A DNA stretch of 64,000 bases from a virus (taxonomy: Duplodnaviria > Caudoviricetes). Each line of letters begins with the position of its first letter. The stretch's first letter is position 1. Below are positions 57,030 to 63,189 of the stretch, one piece after another. The DNA lies in the IMG/VR virus record IMGVR_UViG_3300027969_000041. The stretch is one strand, 5' to 3'. The notes beneath the pieces were generated by a model. It did not search any database and was not told the origin of the DNA. It saw only the letters and a program-made list of their open reading frames with translations. The position numbers and the translations under genes are program-made.

Positions 57030-57595
57030 CAGTAACTCTCAGTATTAAAGAAAAATGTTTGGAATAACCTACCAGTTTCTTTATCATGACCAAAATAATC
57101 TAAACTGGCATGATATAAGTCTCCTCGATATATTACCAGTCTATTAAATTTATTACCTATAACATCAAACTTATCCCACTTGGTATAATCATTTCCTTCA
57201 TACCTGTCGTCTACAGCCCCTGTCCTCCTAAAGGCCCCCGTTTCTTTATATCTGTATAAAGCGGTTCCTCCAGTAAACGGAGCATCCGGTGTTAGGTAAC
57301 AAACAGCCGCCCACATGTTATGGTGGTCTGCATGAATCCATGTCCTGTCGTCGGAAGTTGCTATTTGGAATGCCCCAGTATAAGATGTTTCAGGTTCGTA
57401 GTTCATCCAATCTGTAATCTTACCGGCAAATTGCATATTGACTTCGATTGCTTCTTTTACACCGGGTGCAATATGTGGTTTTGTTCTAGATCCTGGATAA
57501 TTTCCTTTTACAGAAAATTCTTGAGATAGTGCAAATTCTCTAACTTGTTCCGGGTTGCTATAAAAATCGTCTACTATAATTAAATTTACGTTCAT
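57029..57595 (-). CDS. 2OG-Fe(II) dioxygenase-like protein
   Basis: IIVDDFY, WIHAD, VCYLTP, GGT, NRLVIY...H, RLFQTFF; start reassigned. Confidence 0.8.
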   Translation of the reverse strand: MNVNLIIVDDFYSNPEQVREFALSQEFSVKGNYPGSRTKPHIAPGVKEAIEVNMQFAGKITDWMNYEPETSYTGAFQIATSDDRTWIHADHHNMWAAVCYLTPDAPFTGGTALYRYKETGAFRRTGAVDDRYEGNDYTKWDKFDVIGNKFNRLVIYRGDLYHASLDYFGHDKETGRLFQTFFFNTESY

Positions 57596-57596
57596 G

Positions 57597-58358
57597 TTAA
57601 TACCTTGCAAATTCGCCCGAAGGTCCCAACCAACCGTAAACTGTCCAGTCGGTTTCGATGATATCTTTTTCAAAGGGTCTTGTTAAGTAATAACCTAGAG
57701 TTTCAATATCAAAATGATACATGTGAGGCAATGCCAGCATTGCCGCCATTCCTGACCACATATCTAAAAAGTGTTTGTGATGTTTCTTACCCCACCCAAA
57801 AATTACAGAGGAGTATTGGTACAGATAATTATTGCCTTGTTCCTGTCGTCTATCAACTAATGAATAATTCCACTTATCTTTCCATTCCCAGGCAATAGGC
57901 TGCTTATAAAATATCCTATCTGTACTATATTTGTTAAACACCGCTGGATCAAAAGAGCTATCGATAAAATACCGGCCGCTTATCTTAAAAATATAATCAT
58001 TTTCAAAAAGTTCTTTTTGATATTTTCTAATAAATGTAGATACTGACAAACACTCACAATAACTTTTTTGAGGGTGAGTAGTTACTATTTCGTATATATC
58101 AGGGAACTCTTCTTTTATACTAATAAATTTTAAGTTTTTTTGATATAATAATTGGTCTCGATATTGTTGCCAATTTTCGCTGGTATCTAATATATAAATT
58201 GTTGTCTCTGTATCGGACACTAAATCTAGAGAGGCAATGGTCATTATGGTTTGTCTTAATCTTTCTTCATTAGAAAAATAAGATCGAACTTTACTATAAG
58301 TTAGAGGATTATTATTGTTTACCTCTATAGAGCTCGTTACAATAAATGCTTTTTTCAT
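57597..58358 (-). CDS. Glycosyltransferase-like protein (paralog of 42230..42976)
   Basis: FIVTSSI, ERLRQTIMTIAS, FKISGRY. Confidence 0.6.
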   Translation of the reverse strand: MKKAFIVTSSIEVNNNNPLTYSKVRSYFSNEERLRQTIMTIASLDLVSDTETTIYILDTSENWQQYRDQLLYQKNLKFISIKEEFPDIYEIVTTHPQKSYCECLSVSTFIRKYQKELFENDYIFKISGRYFIDSSFDPAVFNKYSTDRIFYKQPIAWEWKDKWNYSLVDRRQEQGNNYLYQYSSVIFGWGKKHHKHFLDMWSGMAAMLALPHMYHFDIETLGYYLTRPFEKDIIETDWTVYGWLGPSGEFARY

Positions 58359-59377
58359 GGTCTATAAAAATTTGATTCTTGTACTTTTTTAAGATAACTG
58401 TTTAATTTCTCGTGTATTACTGCATCTTCATAATTTAACATAGCCCAATCTCTACATCGTTTAGGTGATATTCTATTGATGTTATTAATTGCGTCAACAA
58501 ACTCTCTAAACTCTCTACAACGATATCCTGTTACACCTTGTACTACAGTTTCAGTGAAGCCACCCCAGTCTGTGGTAATTGCCGGAGTGCCGCTCATGTA
58601 ACCTTCTATTATCATATTGCCGAACGGTTCAACATAGTATGTAGGTCCAATAACAGCTTTTGCTCGAGCCATGAGTGTACGGCGCTGTTCTGCATCACAT
58701 ACTCCTGCTATAGTTACATGATCTGGAATTTCATGGTAACCCAAATCTGCCAATGATCCCGATCCGGCAATTATTAATTTCTGACCCGTTTCTTTAGTTG
58801 CTTGAATTGCAATGTCGATACCTTTGCTAGGAATTACTCTTCCAAAATATAAAAAGTAATCGCCTTTTTCTTCTGTATAATCAAACTCGCTAGCAGTAAT
58901 ACCGTTTGGAATAACAGCATCGAACCATCCCGGATTTTGTTCATTGCCTTTCATTCCATAATACATGTGCATTTGTGCGTACGATGTAAAAACTTTATAC
59001 ATGGCAAATACTGCGGTCATTGTATAACCAATTCCCGGTTCAACAACTTTAAGATCGTTATTTGCTTCGGCAGCATCTTTATTTTCTATACCATACATAC
59101 ATATAACTATGTCTCCTGGCTTTTTACGGAGGGCAATTTCTTTACCTGCTAGGTTATTATACTCTGTTATATTAACTGCAAAATTATTAGATTTTACAGG
59201 TAAACAATTAACTAACTCACATGAAACCTCAGATCCGGGGATACCATAATGGATACAATCCCATCCATATTGGGTCATGTAGTTTATAAATTTTAGAGTA
59301 GATATGGAAAAAGGATCTATTCTATTGTTTATGTGTACCGGGGTGTGAGGGCTAGATAAAATATGTAATGTTGTCAT
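58355..59377 (-). CDS. GT-B fold glycosyltransferase (GT4-like)
   Basis: IPNG, YFGRVIPSKG, EPFG...IE...SGTPAI...GGFTE. Confidence 0.88.
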   Translation of the reverse strand: MTTLHILSSPHTPVHINNRIDPFSISTLKFINYMTQYGWDCIHYGIPGSEVSCELVNCLPVKSNNFAVNITEYNNLAGKEIALRKKPGDIVICMYGIENKDAAEANNDLKVVEPGIGYTMTAVFAMYKVFTSYAQMHMYYGMKGNEQNPGWFDAVIPNGITASEFDYTEEKGDYFLYFGRVIPSKGIDIAIQATKETGQKLIIAGSGSLADLGYHEIPDHVTIAGVCDAEQRRTLMARAKAVIGPTYYVEPFGNMIIEGYMSGTPAITTDWGGFTETVVQGVTGYRCREFREFVDAINNINRISPKRCRDWAMLNYEDAVIHEKLNSYLKKVQESNFYRP

Positions 59378-59387
59378 TGTACTTGTA

Positions 59388-59416
59388 ATTATACATTTAT
59401 AGAACAGCAAATGCAA
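59388..59416 (-). promoter_or_regulatory. sigma70-type promoter
   Basis: TTGCAT-17-TATAAT; 16-bp palindrome TTTGCTCTAGAGCAAA upstream at 59434-59449. Confidence 0.68.
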
Positions 59417-59454
59417 GATCAGAGCACCTAATGTTTGCTCTAGAGCAAATGACC

Positions 59455-59480
59455 AAAAAAAAGGACCCGAAGGTCCTTTT
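59455..59480 (-). terminator. Intrinsic terminator
   Basis: AAAAGGACC-TTCG-GGTCCTTTT followed by a U-run. Confidence 0.88.
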
Positions 59481-59592
59481 AGATTGTTACAACATGATAT
59501 TCAGAGTATGGATAATGTTCTTTCAACCATTCCAACATGCCCGGTTCATTGGGCAGTCGGATGGATTGATATTTGTTTGTGATGTATGTCAT
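59479..59592 (-). CDS. Small hypothetical protein
   Basis: Manually translated MTYITNKYQSIRLPNEPGMLEWLKEHYPYSEYHVVTI. Confidence 0.55.
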   Translation of the reverse strand: MTYITNKYQSIRLPNEPGMLEWLKEHYPYSEYHVVTI

Positions 59593-59593
59593 A

Positions 59594-60199
59594 TTACATT
59601 GTAGGACCGTTACCATTTCTAAATTCAATGGAACCGCCCTCCTCTAAAATACGCTTTTTAACATCTTCAAACAATATAGGTGCAAAGTCCGGAGTTTGTT
59701 CTACACATACACAGTGATAACGAACATCATCTTCGTCACTGTATAAGATAACACCAGTTTTAGCATCTACGCCACGGGCCTTCTTCACGCGGTTAGCATG
59801 AGTGTGGCCGTGAACGTTGACACCAAAACGACCTAAGCTGTCACTATGTAATGGGATATGACTAAAAATCATTCCCTCTACAACATGATAGGCCCGTAAC
59901 TCACGAAAGTACAACCTGTACTCGTCATCACGGAAGATGTCATGGTTGCCTCGGATCAATACCTTGTCGCCGTTTAACCGGGCTAACGTAGGTAATGCTT
60001 TACGGTTAATAACAACATCGCCCAAATGGTAGACCTTGTCTGTGGGCTTGACTCTTTCGTTCCAAGCCTTGATCATAGCTTCGTCCATTTCTTCTGGACT
60101 ATCCCAAGGACGTAACTTTGTTACCCCGTCATTGCGGGTGAAGCGACATACGCCTGTGTGACCAAAGTGTGTGTCACTGACTAAAAATGTTGCTGTCAT
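59594..60199 (-). CDS. Calcineurin-like metallophosphoesterase
   Basis: SDTHFGH, HLGD, RGNHD, SHIP, HGHTH. Confidence 0.92.
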   Translation of the reverse strand: MTATFLVSDTHFGHTGVCRFTRNDGVTKLRPWDSPEEMDEAMIKAWNERVKPTDKVYHLGDVVINRKALPTLARLNGDKVLIRGNHDIFRDDEYRLYFRELRAYHVVEGMIFSHIPLHSDSLGRFGVNVHGHTHANRVKKARGVDAKTGVILYSDEDDVRYHCVCVEQTPDFAPILFEDVKKRILEEGGSIEFRNGNGPTM

Positions 60200-60434
60200 C
60201 TTTGATCCTTTCTTTTTTAACTCGCCCTATGCGAGATGTTTTGTTCCAATCGTAGGCAATGCCGTCTGGACATATTCCATCCCTGACAGTGTCTACACCA
60301 AAAATACCGCAGACTTCAAAGTCAGGGCCTTTAATTATTACAAACATGCCCACAGTTTTGGAGAAAGCCATTGCTTCTTCCAAAGTTGGACATATATTAA
60401 GTGTTAGATTATTTTTGCTTATTACTTTGTACAT
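60174..60434 (-). CDS. Hypothetical protein (probably leaderless)
   Basis: MYKVISKNN start 6 nt after TATAAT. Confidence 0.65.
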   Translation of the reverse strand: MYKVISKNNLTLNICPTLEEAMAFSKTVGMFVIIKGPDFEVCGIFGVDTVRDGICPDGIAYDWNKTSRIGRVKKERIKDDSNIFSQ

Positions 60435-60440
60435 AAAGTA

Positions 60441-60469
60441 ATTATAGCACAATTTTACCAGTTTGTCAA
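60441..60469 (-). promoter_or_regulatory. sigma70 promoter
   Basis: TTGACA-17-TATAAT; spacer AACTGGTAAAAT resembles that of the 61253 promoter. Confidence 0.85.
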
Positions 60470-60930
60470 TAGGTATACCAAATTTCTGTAAAACCTTCTT
60501 CTTCAGTGGGCATTTCAAACCCTGCAATCATACTAGCAATAACATGGTCCGGGATATCCTTACCTGGGCGGCTAAACATTCGGCGAACAAGTTCTTTATG
60601 CTCAGGAGTTTCAAATACCACAGCAATGTGTTCATAGTCGGGTAACATACGAAACTTTTTCTTACGGCTCGCAATAGTTGTACTGGTTTGATCCCAAATG
60701 ATATCGCGTTTTAATTCACGGGCCGCAATAACTTCTTTGGCCATTAAGTCTACAGCAGTGGGCATAAAATCTACAAACACCTCTGAGTAAGTTTTACCTA
60801 CCTCTTTGGCGTAAATTTCCACCCACTTGTCTGTACTAATTTTTGCACAAGGTAGAGCCCAATCTTGATTGTCTACCCATGTGCTCTTACCAGAACACGG
60901 CACCCCGACTAATTGATAACATTTTGGCAT
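60466..60930 (-). CDS. P-loop kinase (AAA_33 / polynucleotide kinase-like)
   Basis: LVGVPCSGKST, IWDQT, R...L, R..R. Confidence 0.85.
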   Translation of the reverse strand: MPKCYQLVGVPCSGKSTWVDNQDWALPCAKISTDKWVEIYAKEVGKTYSEVFVDFMPTAVDLMAKEVIAARELKRDIIWDQTSTTIASRKKKFRMLPDYEHIAVVFETPEHKELVRRMFSRPGKDIPDHVIASMIAGFEMPTEEEGFTEIWYTY

Positions 60931-60939
60931 ACTATATTC

Positions 60940-61146
60940 CTAACATTCTATGTCGATGTTTCGACCTTTGTCTAAATCTAAACGAAGATTTCTTGATACT
61001 CGTTCTGCAATTATCTGCTCAAGTCTGCGTTCTTCAATCTTTTTAGCGTAGTCATCAGTTCGTTGTTTTTCTAAACGAGTCTGATCTACACGATATTGTT
61101 CTAAGTTGTATTTTATAATACTTTGTTCTGCTCTTGAAATTTCCAT
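60940..61146 (-). CDS. Hypothetical coiled-coil protein
   Basis: 68 aa, TAATG coupling; C-terminal LDKGRNIDIEC. Confidence 0.68.
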   Translation of the reverse strand: MEISRAEQSIIKYNLEQYRVDQTRLEKQRTDDYAKKIEERRLEQIIAERVSRNLRLDLDKGRNIDIEC

Positions 61147-61247
61147 TACCAAGTCCCCCGTCGTTTAATACATAGTGTGGCAATTAGTCCTCCTACTATA
61201 ACAAATAGTAGGAATCCAATTATACAGTAAGCGGCTGTTTCTATCAT
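61146..61247 (-). CDS. 33-aa single-TM peptide
   Basis: Manually translated MIETAAYCIIGFLLFVIVGGLIATLCIKRRGTW, 5 nt after TATAAT. Confidence 0.58.
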   Translation of the reverse strand: MIETAAYCIIGFLLFVIVGGLIATLCIKRRGTW

Positions 61248-61252
61248 ATTTA

Positions 61253-61281
61253 ATTATAATATCATTTTACCACTTTGTCAA
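61253..61281 (-). promoter_or_regulatory. sigma70 promoter fused to TAAATA core
   Basis: TTGACA-17-TATAAT-TAAATA. Confidence 0.85.
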
Positions 61282-61292
61282 GTAATTAAACG

Positions 61293-61340
61293 CCAAAAGA
61301 AAAACCCCACCGTAGAACTATATTACTAGAGGGCGAGGCC
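61293..61340 (-). terminator. Probable terminator of the tRNA/ncRNA transcript
   Basis: GC-rich CTCGCC/GGTGGG stem followed by TTTTTCTTTT. Confidence 0.5.
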
Positions 61341-61345
61341 GTGTT

Positions 61346-61419
61346 TGGAGCGGGTACCGAGAATCGAACTCGGAAATAAACCTTGGCAAGGTTTCAGGTT
61401 ACCTTTACATCATACCCGC
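61346..61419 (-). tRNA. tRNA-Gly(GCC)
   Basis: Cloverleaf GCGGGTA/TACCCGC, anticodon loop TTGCCAA, TTCGA, encoded CCA. Confidence 0.9.
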
Positions 61420-61427
61420 TTAGGTAT

Positions 61428-61503
61428 TGGTTGCGGGGGAAGGATTCGAACCTCCGTCTTCTAGGTTATGAGCCTAACAGTCTGACCACTGACGTACCCC
61501 GCG
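61428..61503 (-). tRNA. Initiator-type tRNA-Met(CAT)
   Basis: C1:A72 mismatch, purine11:pyrimidine24, loop CTCATAA, encoded CCA. Confidence 0.88.
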
Positions 61504-61510
61504 ATAATCT

Positions 61511-61586
61511 TGGTGGAGATGGTCAGGATCGAACTGACTACCTACTGCTTGCAAAGCAGCCGCTCTCCCAAATGAGCTACACCCCC
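61511..61586 (-). tRNA. tRNA-Ala(TGC)
   Basis: G3:U70 pair, anticodon TGC, encoded CCA. Confidence 0.93.
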
Positions 61587-61590
61587 AAAT

Positions 61591-61953
61591 CATATTGAAA
61601 CACACTAACTACCTTGGTATGTACTCAAGTTCAATGAACCGCTACGACCCTATCTTTAATGTGCTTCAATATGCTCTGCATCCCCCGGCGGTAATTATAG
61701 AGTATCAAGATATGACGCTATCATACCCATCACACACTCCTTCCACCCGCTTCCCGACAGGGACCGTTCTCGCATTGCTAGCGGCCTTTGGGTTTAAAGA
61801 CTACCACCCGTAGCTGTCACGCTACTTCTCATCCTGTGGGTCACAGTATCCGGAGACACCCGGAACGTTAGGGTGGGCTGGCCCCATAACGGGATACCAC
61901 TTAGCTTGGTCTATCTTATGCATTTACAACCAAGCACCCAAATCTCTTACATT
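61591..61953 (-). ncRNA. Large structured non-coding RNA (context resembles GOLLD-type phage RNAs; family not confirmed)
   Basis: At least 8 hairpins, a 17-bp terminal stem with 2 G-U pairs, GC-rich against AT-rich flanks, own TTGACA-17-TATAAT promoter, no convincing ORF. Confidence 0.72.
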
Positions 61954-61959
61954 ATCAAT

Positions 61960-61988
61960 ATTATAGTATCAACTTTGATTACTGTCAA
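61960..61988 (-). promoter_or_regulatory. Perfect-consensus sigma70 promoter for ncRNA-tRNA(Ala, fMet, Gly)
   Basis: TTGACA-17-TATAAT. Confidence 0.88.
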
Positions 61989-62004
61989 TACATTTTGGCT
62001 AAAT

Positions 62005-62082
62005 TGGTCGGAGTAGTAGGATTCGAACCTACAACCTCCTGGTCCCAAACCAGATGCGCTAACCAGACTGCGCTACACCCCC
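62005..62082 (-). tRNA. tRNA-Pro(TGG), second atypical copy (G1:G72 mismatch; overlaps CDS end)
   Basis: 3' two-thirds nearly identical to 62691..62767; 5' strand GGGGGTG is identical to tRNA-Ala. Confidence 0.72.
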
Positions 62083-62673
62083 AAATAAAATATTTTTTGC
62101 ATCATCAAAATACATTGCACCCGGATTTATTACTCGAAGTGTCAATACCATTCTATCATTTAATGAATTGTTATCAAAATCATGAAACATATCTGTATTA
62201 AACAAAATAACTTCGCCTTGTCTTGCTACCATTGATTTTAATGGTGTATGTTTATCTTTAATAAATCCCTTTACTTCTCTAGACCACCAGTTACCTATAC
62301 CGCCTAACGCCTCTATAGGATAATTTTTTAATTCTTCATCGCTATACCAACTAGTTACGCATTTATCATCTAAGATTTTAACTGTATAATTGATACTGAA
62401 TCTGTGATCTGGTCCGTCCTTGTGTGGCTTATAATAAAATCCTGGTTGAGTTACAAACAACGACACACGATTTTTATTAAAATTAAATAAATTGGTCATA
62501 CCAGTGTTATCTAAAATTTGTTCAGCGTGATGTTCTAGATGTTTATGATGTGTAAATTTATTAGGAAATGTTTTTCCTTCTATAAATTTTAAACAATCAT
62601 TTATTACTTTTTCTATTCCGTTGTGAGTGAACCGTATGTAATAAGGACTACAATCTTCTATAATAGTAAACAT
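62059..62673 (-). CDS. 2OG-Fe(II)/cupin-type dioxygenase-like protein
   Basis: Start reassigned to MFTIIED (AAGGA RBS); YKPHKDG, FSINY, MFHDF, RMVLTLR; stop lies inside tRNA-Pro copy 2. Confidence 0.78.
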   Translation of the reverse strand: MFTIIEDCSPYYIRFTHNGIEKVINDCLKFIEGKTFPNKFTHHKHLEHHAEQILDNTGMTNLFNFNKNRVSLFVTQPGFYYKPHKDGPDHRFSINYTVKILDDKCVTSWYSDEELKNYPIEALGGIGNWWSREVKGFIKDKHTPLKSMVARQGEVILFNTDMFHDFDNNSLNDRMVLTLRVINPGAMYFDDAKNILFGGVAQSG

Positions 62674-62690
62674 GACTTTCCTTTTTAAAT

Positions 62691-62767
62691 TGGTCGGAGT
62701 AGTAGGATTCGAACCTACGACCTCCTGGTCCCAAACCAGGCGCACTACCAGGCTGTGCTACACTCCG
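62691..62767 (-). tRNA. tRNA-Pro(TGG)
   Basis: C1-G72, A73, loop TTTGGGA, encoded CCA. Confidence 0.93.
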
Positions 62768-62773
62768 AAATAC

Positions 62774-62849
62774 TGGTGGGTCGTGACAGGCTCGAACTGC
62801 CGACATTCTGCGTGTAAGGCAGACGCTCTACCAACTGAGCTAACGACCC
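62774..62849 (-). tRNA. tRNA-Val(TAC)
   Basis: Canonical cloverleaf, loop CTTACAC, encoded CCA. Confidence 0.94.
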
Positions 62850-62855
62850 GAAATT

Positions 62856-63086
62856 TTATTTAATTCTCTTTATATATTCATGGTCCAATTTGCCTGTTTG
62901 AAATTCAAGCAATGCAGACACTGGAGCATTCAATTGCTCAGATCTTTCTTGATGCCTATGTTGGCGACCAAGTTCCCTAGCTCTGGCAGCAGCCATAATT
63001 ACTAGATCAAATCTATTGCCCCCTGCATTTTGGACGCATTGTTCTATGTCAAGACTTGGACCACGACTTAATGTTTTAAATGACAT
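62856..63086 (-). CDS. rpoZ: RNA polymerase omega subunit-like protein
   Basis: NRFDLVIMAAARAREL and PVSALLEF..GKL match the omega pattern. Confidence 0.82.
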   Translation of the reverse strand: MSFKTLSRGPSLDIEQCVQNAGGNRFDLVIMAAARARELGRQHRHQERSEQLNAPVSALLEFQTGKLDHEYIKRIK

Positions 63087-63114
63087 ATTATACCTTTTAG
63101 GTTGTTGTTAAACT

Positions 63115-63188
63115 TGGAGCGGGATAAGAGAATCGAACTCTTGACCGAAGATTGGAAATCTGCTGTTTTACCATTAAACTAATCCCGC
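63115..63188 (-). tRNA. tRNA-Gly(TCC)
   Basis: GCGGGAT/ATCCCGC, loop TTTCCAA, encoded CCA. Confidence 0.9.
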
Positions 63189-63189
63189 A

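Noticed and set aside
59434-59449. 16-bp perfect palindrome TTTGCTCTAGAGCAAA as an operator
   Set aside because: It is a single occurrence with no second copy found in the window, so it is noted in the promoter feature only
61591-61953. tmRNA, RNase P RNA or self-splicing intron as the identity of the ncRNA
   Set aside because: No tRNA-like ends with a T-arm and CCA or tag frame, no recognisable RNase P P4 signature, and no group I or group II catalytic-core motifs were seen by eye; a covariance search is still needed
61383-62201. Plus-strand ORFs 61383..61598, 61595..61813 and 61995..62201
   Set aside because: They are antisense to tRNAs and the structured RNA, have no RBS or recognisable motifs, and are better explained by the RNA genes
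62674-62745. N-terminal extension MRLVWDQEVVGSNPTT of the 62059 ORF
   Set aside because: It is a translation of tRNA-Pro; the real start with an RBS is at 62673
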